From NCBI RefSeq assembly GCF_004010195.1, contig NC_057719.1, positions 40,996,969 to 41,049,014 of the forward strand: a stretch of 52,046 nucleotides of DNA. Direction: 5' to 3'. The notes below the pieces were generated by a model that was given only the letters and a program-made list of their open reading frames with translations, had not been told where the DNA came from and searched no databases. Source of the DNA: Chiloscyllium plagiosum (lineage: Eukaryota). This document shows positions 37,240 to 49,140 of the stretch, in pieces. The position numbers and the translations under genes were made by a program. The first letter of the stretch is position 1, and each line of letters opens with the position of its first letter.

Positions 37240-38940
37240 GGTATGGGCGAAATCCTACTTCAGATTCAACGAGATAGGTCTGAGAGCTCAATTACCATAT
37301 TTCCAGACTTCTTACTGACAACAAACAGAGATATGTTGTTATCGAGAAAGAAGTACTCACAGAAATTTGGCATGCATGACCATATATTTGGCCGACCAAT
37401 CAAAATTGGACACTCTGGAGGCAAGAAACATGTTTCCACTGATGGGTGAGTGCCGAACCAGAGGACACAGCTTAAAAATACGGGGTAGACTTCTTCACCC
37501 AGAGAGTGGTGGCTGTGTGGAATGCTCTGCCCCAGAGGGCAGTGGAGGCCCAGTCTCTGGATTCATTTAAGAAAGAGTTGGATAGAGCTCTCAAGGATTG
37601 TGGAATCAAGGGTTGTGGAGATAAGGCAGGAACAGGATACTGATTAAGGATGATCAGCCATGATCATTTTGAATGGTGGTGCAGACTCGAAGGGCAGAAT
37701 GGCCTACTCCTGCACCTATTGTCTATTGTCTATAATTAGAACTGGCCACAAGCCATTGCCAACTTTATTAAACACAAAATAACTCAAAAGGATGCCTCTT
37801 AGAATCCAGATATCTCAACTGTAGTTGATACAGAATGACATAGTTATAGCAAATATAAAAGTGAAACACCAGATAGCTCTTGATAATCTATCAAGAATTC
37901 CCATCAATAACCCAGACAAAGAAGGTGAAGCTTTCCTTCAAGGAGTCAAGTGCTTCATTGGCTTCAATGCTGAGTATTTACCATCCACACTGAATTTGCG
38001 GGAATTTCATGAGGTTCAATTGTATGATGAAGAATATGTGCAGATCTGTATGGTTTAGCTTTGATGACTGGCCAGAGAAAGTGCACAGTAATCCTATCCT
38101 ACTGCAGTTTTGAATAAAGCTGTCACTTCTGTGTTATCACTGACCATTTGGTTTCTGATGAGAGGTTGGTAATCCTATGAGCTTTCCATTTGATCATCCT
38201 CCAGAAAATCTACCAGGGACAACTGAATAGACAGCTACAGCAATCTGAATGGTGTCCTGGTATCTCCAGTTCCCTTAAGTCCATGGTCTCCAACTGCATC
38301 ACCTGCACTACTCAGACAGCCCCTTGCACTCTCCTCTTTTCCAGCTAGGTTATAGACATGACATACAATTGATCTATTTGAGTTTAAGGGAATTATTTGT
38401 TGCCATGTTGGTCGACTATTGTTCCTAATAGATTCAAATCCACGGTCTCAATGGTGTCACCTAACAGACTATAGTAACCTCTTTGAAAACCACATTTTCC
38501 ACCATTAAATCCTGGACATCATTACTTCTAACAATGGACCAGTTTTCTAATGAGTTCTCATTATCCTTTGTGCACTCCTATAGTTGTGTCCTCATTACAA
38601 GATCACTTAGCAATAATATCTAACAATAATAATTAATAATAATATTAAAAAGTCAATAGTGAACCTCAGGTATCATTAGGTTGGGTGGGTAATATTTACC
38701 ATAATTATTACTGAGGAAAAGGAAATAAAAATTGTCAGTTTGCCTTGAAGCACTGACTATCCCTTTTCCATGTACAATCCCAACTGTCGCAATGCAGCAC
38801 TATGAACTAACAAGTCAGAAAGAAATATCTGTTAGGAAAGACCGGGATGGCACCTTCAAATAGAAATACCAGGTTTATGCCCTTCCTGTTCCAGACCAGG
38901 GAGTCAAGGTGTGGTGCTAGGACCAGCAATGTGAGGGCCG
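37240..38940 (+). mobile_element. Decayed Gypsy LTR-retrotransposon pol (RNase H - integrase)
   Basis: GMGEILLQ...QRYVVIEKE; TGHKPLPTLLN..RMPLRIQ; ALDNLSRIP; DERLVI..ILQKIYQGQL; IDLFEFKG...VDY; DIITSNNGP; KVWC*DQQCEG. Many stops and frameshifts. Confidence 0.8.
37411..37733 (+). mobile_element. CR1 3' fragment inserted in the Gypsy RNase H
   Basis: RTRGHSLKIRG; FFTQRVVAVWNALPQRAVEA; (CTATTGT)n tail. Gypsy reading resumes at TGHKPL. Confidence 0.9.
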
Positions 38941-38984
38941 CGTGCTTGTAAAATTGTTACAACTGAGATCATGGCAAACAGCAC

Positions 38985-39695
38985 TGCACTGGAAAGGGTG
39001 CAGAAGAAATTGATTGTTGCCCGTGCTGGACAGTTTTACTTATGAGGAGAGATTTGATAGACTTAAGTTGGTTTTCCTTGCAGCAGAGGGGACTGAGATA
39101 GGGGAGGAGGGGGCACATGATTGAGATGTTGAAAATTATGAGGGCATAGACAGAGGAGATAGGTGGAGGGGTCAATGACCAGGGACACAGATTTAATATA
39201 AGAGGCAGGATGGTTATACAGGATGCGAGGAAAGGTTTTTTTAAAATCACAGAACATTGGGATCCGGAACTCGCTGCCTGTAAGGGTGATAGAGACAGAA
39301 ACCCTCATAACATTTAAGAAGTATTTAGATCTGCACATGTGATGTTGAAGTACACTTGACAATGGGTCAGGATTAGAGTGGTGCTGGAAAAGCACAGCAG
39401 GTCATGTAGCATCAGAGGAGTAGGAAAATCGACATTTCGGGCAAAAGCCCTTCATTAGGAATGTTCTGCCCAAAGCGTCAATTTTCCTGCTCCTCGGATG
39501 CTGCCTGACCTGCTGTGCTTTTTCAGCACCACTCTAATCTTGACTCTAATCTCCAGCATCTGCAGAACCCACTTCTGCCGCACTTAACATTGGACCAAGT
39601 GCTGGAAAGTGGGACTAGAATAATTAGGTGGCTGATTTTGACCGAGCAGACTCAAGGGCCTGAAGGGCCTATTTCTGTGCTATCGGCCTCTATGA
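38985..39695 (+). mobile_element. CR1 3' fragment interrupted by a PLE fold-back
   Basis: gcactggaaagggtgcagaagaaa; ggaactcgctgcctgtaagggtg; tail gggcctgaagggcctatttctgtgctat. Confidence 0.8.
39366..39580. mobile_element. PLE-tail fold-back element with a degenerate hammerhead (minus, 39430-39460)
   Basis: gtcaggattagagtggtgctggaaaagcacagcaggtca and tgacctgctgtgctttttcagcaccactctaatcttgac are inverted arms. Degenerate TSD CACTTGACAATGG (39353-39365) / CACTTAACATTGG (39581-39593). Core CTAATGA..GGGC TTTT GCCC GAAA TGTC. Confidence 0.85.
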
Positions 39696-40009
39696 TACTA
39701 GGACTGCTTTAATTTTGCTAAATAAAATTGAAGCCATTAGTTGTACTGTGTGCACCCCCTGAGGAAACATAGTTACGACCATAGGAGAGGAGAGTTGAAG
39801 ATCCTCGGAGAAACATGTTGCTATCCACAGATACTGTACAGCCTCCAAAGGACATGGACACACATACAGGGGGATTAGTGAAACTGCTCCAGAGGTTTTC
39901 CCTGTGAAGGAAGGGGATTATTTTTTGTGGGGATAGGGCAAACTGAAGGGCAGATAAGTAAATAATTCACAGCGTAAACATCAATTAGAAGAGTGAACTT
40001 GAGGCAAGA

Positions 40010-40226
40010 TGTGAGGTAAAATTTAACTGTACATTTTACTCTAAGAATGCCTTTGAGCATGTGTATAAGGAGCTGTGTCATAAGGAATTGGTATGAGCAA
40101 CTGTTGGATTCCAGAAAATTTCTTCTTTAGACCCTCTCATGCATTACTATGTTTAATGAAGCTCATTTAAATGTTCATTCACCTGAGTGTGGGTCTGACC
40201 TTGCTACGCATCTCTCAATCTACACA
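40010..40226 (+). mobile_element. Possible 3' LTR of the Gypsy relic
   Basis: Starts TGT after purine-rich ttgaggcaaga, contains TATAA, ends ...CTACACA, and lies downstream of the integrase. No 5' LTR in the window. Confidence 0.3.
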
Positions 40227-43200
40227 TTTCTCTCTCCTCCTTTCAGAAAATATAGTACACAACTGGAGCAGAAGCTAACTGAAGGGAGAGAGGTTGCTCC
40301 CCTCAAGAGGAGAATATGCTGGCCTTGATCGGAAAGGCAGTTGCTGAAGCCACAGAAGTGGTTGGGTTGAATCCATGATTGGCAGCGTCCTCATACTTAA
40401 TCATCTTTCAAATGCAGATGTTGTAAGCCTGCCTGCCCTCAACACAACTTTATCTTGTGCTTTTTTTCCTTTCATTTCCCTAAAAACTGCAACAGGCCAG
40501 GCAATGAAGTACGTGGGCAGAATTGACATGAAATGCAAACTATTTACATTTAATGGCACTCTGCATCGCAGGAGACTCTGGAATTCTTGCAAATCTTTTT
40601 CCCGTTGTATCTGCTCAGAGGGACGTGTGGCGACAGTGCATAGTAGATTTCAGAGATGATCTACTTACTGAAGCATGGAGGTCTCGAAGATCGTTTCTCA
40701 TTGAGGTCTGTGCTGAAGAATTGTTCCATGCTCATTCCAGCCAAATATGCCTTTGGACAATCTTGCCTCACCTCCTTATCTTGCTGGAGCTGGCATTCAT
40801 ATATGGCTGGAACTGATTTCTGATAGAAGCCTTGAAGTATTTCATCAATTCCCCATCACTCCCTTTAGCCATTTGAAATTTAAAACAACAATGGAAAGCA
40901 CCTTCCTGTTCTTTCAATTTTGTGGGCCGCTCTCCTGTATCTGAATTATAAATGTCTGAAGCTAAATGGTGTGTCTTTGTTTGTTCTTACCCACTCGACA
41001 TTTTAATACTCTTAAGGAATCCACAACACTGATTTACAGAAGTCCTCAATAACAGTGGACCACGTCAAGGGCAAAAAAAAAATTTAAATTGTATCTATAA
41101 AATTAAAGCTCTTCGTGGAAGAAAAAATGCAATAAGTGCGAACAGGAACAAAATAAGATTCCTAATATCAATATTTAGCTCATTACTGCTATTCTGAAGC
41201 AGCCCTATTCAATTGGAGCGGTCATTGGTCATAAAAATCCAATTAAAACTCAAGGTCAAAAATATTCTCAACCTAAAGGTCCTTTTGGGAAGACATTTGC
41301 ATTTGTAATGAAGAAGTCTATAGTTGAAATGAAATTATACAATGGAAAATCTGATTCAGCTTGCATTAGAGAGAAGCAGCATTGTACAATTGAATATCCC
41401 AATATGCAACGGCTGCCATATGCTGTTGAGTCAAGGAGCTTTTCAATAAGGCAGAGAATAGCCTGCAGCAATAGACATGACATCAAATAAGCAAATAATG
41501 AATATGTCTGATGTTTGCACATGAACTCATTAAGCTACAAATCTGAAACAGTGTGTCAAACTATTTCTTACAACAAAATCTTATATGATTTCCTTGCTTT
41601 CTCTTGTCATTTGTAAAGATATTAAATTCAAAAAGTCATGCTCATCTGGTTTCATCGGACCATGTTTTAATCATAATGAATGGTGCAATATTGCTAATAT
41701 TTCTAACCTGATATATTCTTGGACTGCAGGGGATAAAAGAATAATTTATAGATAAAGATAATTATAGTAAAACTAAAACCAGAAAAGCAATCAAAATATT
41801 TCCTGAAACAAATATATTACAGCATTTGTTGGGACTTTAATCTCTAGAACTCCCTTCCCAAACTTCATCCCCCTCTTCTGCTGTCTCTCCTTTACAAATC
41901 AGTTTAAAACTTATCTCCATGTCCAAGTATTTGGTCACCTGTCCTATGTCTTGGACATTTTACTGCTTTGTGAGCATTGTTGATAAATAAGCAAAATGAG
42001 TTGACTTTCTCATGCAATCATTTTTTCACTACTTGCAAAACTACAATATTTGCCTGAAACAATTTGAGTTAAAGTTTAAATGTTCTTTTTGCACAGATGG
42101 GTGAAAATCAAGATTTTCTTAGATCTGTAGCAGGCATACAGATTGTCTAGGAGAAAGAGAATAATGTAAACTTGGCCAGGTTAGCTCACAAGCCTGTGGA
42201 CAAACCATTCTGGTTTGTATTCCATTTAATTTTCTGGTGAAATCTCTGCAGTTACCTTTCTAGGTGGACCTGTCTGTCCAGCTTTCTAATATTGGAAGCA
42301 CACAGGTAATCCTTCCTCTGGGCCCAGAGACACAGAAATTCCCTCCAGTAGATTCACAATTGTGAAAAGATGTGTCAAATACTGGGGCAGCTGGGAATAC
42401 TGGAATTAGCAATGCAAATGCCTCTTGCAAACCCTTTGATATTTGAATTTTTAATCAAATACGGCTGTTCATTACGATCCTAAACAGCAGCATGTCATGC
42501 TAAGAATGATTAAAAATCTGTGAATGATTTTGAATTATTGATTGTCAGGTTCAAACCTAAATGGTTGAAAATGTAGCAGAAGAAAATAAGCATTGAGTAT
42601 TTTTTAGGTGAACAAATGTGATGCAGGAATAAAATTATAAAGCATATTTGTATCCGATGGCTGAATTTCCTTGTCTGCTCTTAGTATACTGGTAGCTGTT
42701 CTCAGTACTCCATGTAACGGCACTGATACCTTATTTTACTTCCAAGACAAAATGCTCTTAGAGAAGCAAGGGATTTGGTCAAAAGAGAAACTTAAAAAGC
42801 ATCACAGAGAAAAAGAATGGCATTTGCTGAAAATCTGGTACAAAAGCAGAAAATACTGCAAATTCACTGCAAGTCTGTAAGAAGAAATGCCAGTTCCATG
42901 CTGTTACAGACAGGTGGGAGAAGCTGAATTAAATTACTTTATGGTCCTACTCTTCCATCTGCAAGACAGGTGATTTTTAATCTTTTTCATATTTCTGTTA
43001 TGTTCGTACTTTTTCCTTTTGAAATAAGCCATGATATGTTCCTTCAAATTCCTTAATTGCTTTTTAAAAGTCCTCGCAACAAATTCTCTGCATGATTAAA
43101 ACAAAAGAATAATTTGATCATGCATTCAAACCCAGAGGATAATTTTAACAATGCAACACACACAAACATACAAATAAGAAAGAAATGAAAATACATTGCA

Positions 43201-43474
43201 GTTATGAACAACAAAAATAAGATAAGGCAGTAGTTTATATGAATCGGTGTCTAGTAAGTTAATGTCCACTGAGCATTTTCATAGTTGTCTGATTTTGTTT
43301 TAGTATTTCTTTACATAGGATCGTGGATGCAGTCGGGTGCAGTTGAATTCTTGGAGATGGGAACTTGTTCACTTTTCAGGGAAGTTACAGGATTCTTCCA
43401 GAAATAAGATTTGAGAGATGTCAAGCTTTAATTCATTTGCTCATTGTCTTGTGTTGATGTTAACATGACAATCT

Positions 43475-43612
43475 GAGAATCGACTTTCGGGCATCAGCCC
43501 TTCATCAGGGATGACTTCATTCCTGATGAAGGGCTTATGCCCAAAACATCGATTTTTTTGCTCCTCAGATGCTGCCAGACCTGCTGTGTTTTTCCAGCAC
43601 CACACTCTCGAC
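43475..43612. mobile_element. Short PLE-tail insertion with two head-to-head hammerhead motifs
   Basis: Minus: CTGATGA(43508-43502) A GGGC TGAT GCCC GAAA GTC. Plus: CTGATGA(43523-43529) A GGGC TTAT GCCC AAAA CATC, followed by the PLE tail. No TSD seen. Confidence 0.85.
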
Positions 43613-44677
43613 ACCAGTTCAGCCCTGAAGTGTTTCAATCATCTTCCCTGTTCAGATCTACCTGAGGTAGACACAATAGCCCAGATAGCCAAAGATTCAC
43701 TGGAACAAATGTAGACTGAAGTTGCATGTTGACACCATACAGAATCACTGATGCAGTTAATTCTGTGAGAATGGCCCAGGAAATTGAGATTTCTAAATGG
43801 TAATTAATACAATTCCTACAGTCCTCAGTTCCCACTCTAGTTTCTGAAGAAGTTCCATCACAGTGTGTTAGGACATACGGAGACTGCCTCAGTACTGTGC
43901 CTCGCTCATCCCCAAGAAATAGAGTTGGGGTTGAAAAATGCAGTTCTTCTATCGACTGCACTCATCCTACAAGACCCTGTGGCTGTGACCTCTCCCTGAG
44001 CTCACTCTCTGGGGTGACCTGCTGCTATTCCTGGAAGTTCCTGGACCTCATGCATCTATCTTTACCTTCTTAAGAAGATAACCACAGTGACAACATCCCA
44101 TTAGCAGCTGGGAAAATCACTCTTGCTGTTAATGACATATCCTGGTAAAATGAGTATCATAATAAGCTCTCTGCTCTGATAACATACCCTGAGAATGAAG
44201 GCTGCATATATTTTCCTCTGACAGTGAAATATGCAGTACCCACAAGGCTGTGTCTTCATTATTCATTCAGTATGTGCACCAATTTAATGAAGCATTAGCT
44301 GAGTGACCAACACATTACATTCAAAAGGCAAGTGTCTGCCGCTCTCAAACACGCCAAACCATCCCAGACCCACGTCAACCATGAAATTTATTGTTGTATT
44401 CAGTAGAGTCTGTGGAAATACATACAAGATAAATGTGGAAGCGACCATCTCCACTTCCCACAGCATCCTTGCAAATTTCATAAGTGATGCATTGTTTTTG
44501 TCCAATAGTCACCTCTTTTTAAGTCATTGTTGCTAATTGAGATGCCAATGTTAGCTAGAAATGACCCAGAGCAATTAATCTTTGACTAGCACTTGAAGCA
44601 TAAGCACATTCAGTCTGCCTGCATTCCAAATGGGCAAAGGAATGATTGCAATTAAATGTGGCAGCAGTCTTAGTATG

Positions 44678-45159
44678 CATAGAACATAGAACATTACAGC
44701 GCAGTACAGGCCCTTCGGCCCTCGATGTTGCGCCGACCTGTCATACCAATCTGAAGCCCATCTAACCTACACTATTCCATGTATGTCCATATGCTTGTCC
44801 AATGACGACTTAAATGTACTTAAAGTTCGCGAATCTACTACCATTGCAGGAAAAGCATTCCATACCCTTACTACTCTCTGAGTAAAGAAACTACCTCTGA
44901 CATCTGTCCTATATCTATCACCCGTCAATTTAAAGCAATGCCCCCTCCATCACCACACTTGGAAAAAGGCTCTCCCTGTCCACCCTATCTAACTGTCTGA
45001 TTATCTTATATGTCTCTATTAAGTCATGTCTCAACCTTCTTCTCTCTAACAAAAACAACCTCAAGTCCCTCAGCCTTTCCTCGTAAGACCTTCCCTCCAT
45101 ACCAGGCAAACATCCTGGTAAATCTCCTCTGAACCCTTTCCAAAGCTTCCACATCCTTC
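44678..45159 (-). mobile_element. CR1 3' fragment with (TTCTATG)n tail
   Basis: KDVEALERVQRRFTRM; LPGMEGRSYEERLRDLRLFLLERRRLRHDLIETYKII. Confidence 0.92.
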
Positions 45160-48100
45160 AGCAGATGTGGATACCATGCTTTTGACATCAAACTGACACT
45201 GGCAAAGCCCATCATGGGCATTTTCCCAGCCGTTTTCAAGTTGTGGTTAGGGTTCATTTAACAGTAAGTGATGGCAGGGAACACAGTGTGCGGTAAACAC
45301 TGTCAACACCGGGCTATGCCTGGTTGCCAGGTATCCCCTCACAGCCTCCATTTATGTGGTACTACCAAACAGTCCATTTTCTAACCCCCACATGTAGTAA
45401 TCCACCCCATTGAACTCTGCCTCCAACTGTCCTCCTTGCCCCCGAGTCCCACAGTTACGCTTTAATGGTGCCCACCCTGATCCTCTACACTCCCCCATTG
45501 GAGGCCACAGTGGAGGTCACTGTCAACATCCCCCTCTGTCTATTAGCCTTCCATTCCCTGTGATATTGTTCCATATTCACCCTTAAACCTTGAGATTCTC
45601 TCTAACACTGTCCCACTCTCAGCATATGCTTCTACTTTCCACCCCTGGCATTGACTGGCACAATTCCTTTTGACAATGAGCCCCACTTTGTCCCTACAGT
45701 TCCCCTTACACTCTCCTCAATAATCAGTACGCAGACACCCAGGACTGTATTTATCCCAGATCTCTAACCAGTTTCAATAAGCAGCCCTTAGAGATGACTG
45801 AGCACACCCTCTGATCACTGTCCTTGCAGCTCTTCCATTGCTAATAGCCCGACTACTTATGACTTACAGGACATAGCCCATTACAGGACCCCATTTCCCT
45901 TCTATATTTGTCATATGCCCTGATTGTGAGCAGCCTGACTGTCTTTGTCACAGAAACAGCCCCTGGACTACGTGTGGACTGTGTGGTACTGGGATTCTTT
46001 GACTGACAGCAACTCCCCCTTGACGAGAATGGACTAGTCCCCACTGATCAAATGCTAAGAGAGGAAATGTACAGCCCTGAGATGCAACCTGGAGGAATCT
46101 ACAAGCTGGGTGCCTGCCCCTATACACAAAGTGTCGTTCAATGCTAGTTGCCCACAGGCCCTGCAATGCAGCTCTGTGTTGCCTAAATGTCTGGGACTGG
46201 ATCAGAGCGGTGCCGTGAGGATCCTAAGGGGTTGACAAATATCAGCTGTTAATGTCCATGGACAAGCTCGTATCTCTGGATCATGCACTGAGATGCTATT
46301 GTGTGGTGAAGAACATGGAGGGTCTTTGCAACCCATGATGAGCTGAAGTTCTGTAACATGTCGAGAATTTTCAATATTTGGTTTGCTCACAGTGGATGGT
46401 GGAATGGGAATCTGCACATAATGAGATGTGCAGTTAATAATGTTGTTAAAAAACAGTAATTTCCCTAAATAGGCAACACGTTGCTGCCTAGTATACATGT
46501 TGCCTCAATGTCTGAAACTAGTTAAAAGATGCAACATATTACTCCCAACACTGAGATAAGCCTTGTTGGACATCTGACACCATTCTGCCCCATTTCCCAC
46601 CATCATCCATATCCAGGCTCCCATACGATTCTCCAAATTGCAAACTAAAATTATTAGATTGCATAAAAATAAGGCAGTTAAAAGTCAGAAAAATGTTTCA
46701 CTCCAGATACTTGAACATAATATCTACATTGACAATATTAATACTGAAGATCCCAGTGCAAGAGATCCTTCTCCTCTCTAAGATGATGTAAAGCACAGGA
46801 CCAACTTTACAGAATTATTGGGGCATTCATATTTGTATTCGGGTCAATATACATGCTCAACTAACATCACTAAAAATCCCCTATGTAGCCCCCATTGTGT
46901 TTCCCACTTTATTAGTGTGACTATGCTTCAAAATGTATTTATTTGGCTGTAAAGCTTTTCAGGAATCTTGGTGCCATAAATGGCATTGTATCTTTCTCAA
47001 TTAATGAAATGTTTTGAAAATAAGTTCAGGTTGTGTTAAAAGGAATTTTCATGATTTATTTTACACTTTGTGTCCTGTATGAGTTTGTTTACAGCTTCTC
47101 TTAAAGATGGCAACTTGGGCTATGGGTCCATAAAGGCCTGACAAACCGTTCAACATACATCTCTATAGTTTGTGTGTTTTGGAAGTCTGTTTCGCACCAG
47201 TGATGGGGAACACCATAACTGACCTGACATCAACATCAACATATGTACACATTCTAGTAAGGGACTCAGTATACATTGATTAGTAACTGAAATAGTTACG
47301 ATGAACAGAAATCCATTCAATATTGTAACTTCCGACATGAATTTCATGTATGCTAGATTTAAATAATCAGCTGACCTTTTGATGTGTGCATACCTCTAAT
47401 TTACTGTGGCAATGTTTATACCTTGGATTGGAAAATTGTCCTTGTATATATACATGTAATAGCACCACTGATGATGATAACCATTATCATTTTTCACCAA
47501 CTATAATTTCAATATAATTGTCCACCTTCAGTTACAGACATTCCTAATCAACCTGTGTCAGAGCTGTTGTGACACAGATCTGGAGCAGGAGGAACTTGAA
47601 CCCAGATCTCTAGGCCCAGGATATGGTCACCACAACAACACCCCTCATCTTTAGTTATATTTTTGTTGATTGGAAAACAAATTTATTACTACATTTATTT
47701 CATTCTTGCTTCTGATCACGGCACTCTCAAACATTTCACTAAAACAACTCTCACATTGTTGAAAAAATCTACTCAGCCATGGATAAGTGTCTTTTGTTGC
47801 TGCAATATTTTTGTATTTAAAAATGTGTATATTATTCTAAACTATGTAACTAGTTATCATAATTCTGAGCAATGAAACTGAACTGTTCCATACAATGCAT
47901 TATTGATCTGTGAATCATTTCTGAATGCTGCCGATGCCCAGTGAAATGTTTAAACGGTCTTTTTTAAAGCTTTTAAGTAATGAAAACAAAATTAATGTTT
48001 CAATTCCCTTACTATACACGTGAATGGAATAGCATTCTCAAGCAGCATGAAATTATTATCTGTTTCCACTCATTCAGTGAGAGAATTTCCATCCTGGTGT

Positions 48101-48329
48101 AGTGCTGACTATAGCGATCTGGAAGACCCTAGTTTTACTTTGTTACTTTACCTCAGCTGGAGCAACATTAGGTTTGAAAGTACTTGACTCCTTGTTCTTG
48201 GTTCAAGGAGGGACATTCAGCTGGGGTTGCCAGACCAGAGAACCTTCATATTAATAACTTTTCATTGAATGGTAATTAATTATATCATCATGCGAAGTGC
48301 TCAGAGACTTGCAATAAAGTAAATTTAAG

Positions 48330-49140
48330 TTTTTTCTGATACATCCACAGGATATGTGTCTTTGGCTAGGCTGATATTTATGGTCCATCCCTTGTAGTTC
48401 TCAAGAAGGAGGTGGTGAACTGCCTTCTTGAACCACTGCAGTCCATTTAGTGTGGGTACAGGAACAAATCTGTTAGGCAGGGAGTTCTAGGATTTTGACT
48501 CAACAACACTGAAAGACTAGCGAGACATTTTCAAGTCAAGATGTTGAGTGGTTTGGAGGGGATCTTGCAAATAGTGGTGGTCTCATTTATCTGCTCCTCT
48601 TGTCCTTCTACGTAACAATGAATTTAAAAGTTACTGTCAAGGTAGCCCTAGTGAATTCCTGCACTACATTTCTAGATGGTACACATTGCTATAACTGTGC
48701 ATTAGTAAGGGTGTGAATGTTTATCAATGTGGTGCCAATCAAGTGGGCTGTTTTGTCCTGAATGGTGTCAAGTTTCGAGTCCAGGTTAATAGGGAGTAAT
48801 TCTTCATACACCTGACTACCAGTGTTTCCTTTCAGTGTGCAGCCATGCAGTTGCTGGGAACCTCTGCACATGCTCATCGGTGTGCTGACGCATAGATTCC
48901 ACTGATAGAGGCTGCTGCTGTGCATGGGCCTCAGCGGTCAGCACAGCGGGATGAAAAATGAGAGGGAACGTTGCTGAATAATGCCTTATAGATATTAGAC
49001 AGGTATTGGGGAGTGAAGAGACGGGTTACTCAAAGCAGTATTCCTAGCCCCTGACCTTGCACCCATTCTATTTATATGGCTAGTCCAATTCAGTTTCTGC
49101 TCAGTGGTAAGCCCCAGGATCCTGATAGTGGGGAATTCAG
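48330..49140 (-). mobile_element. CR1/L2-group LINE 3' fragment (older copy, with an unrelated insert at about 48780-48975)
   Basis: KLDTIQDKTAHLIGTT; tail atttatggtccatcccttgtagttctcaagaagg. Confidence 0.7.

Noticed and set aside
37404..37740. AATTGGA/AATTAGA as CR1 TSD
   Set aside because: The left copy may be CR1-derived sequence (microhomology), so it is not a secure TSD
42264..42305. 42-bp AG...GTAATC micro-exon candidate
   Set aside because: Plausible splice signals but within chance expectation; peptide not recognised
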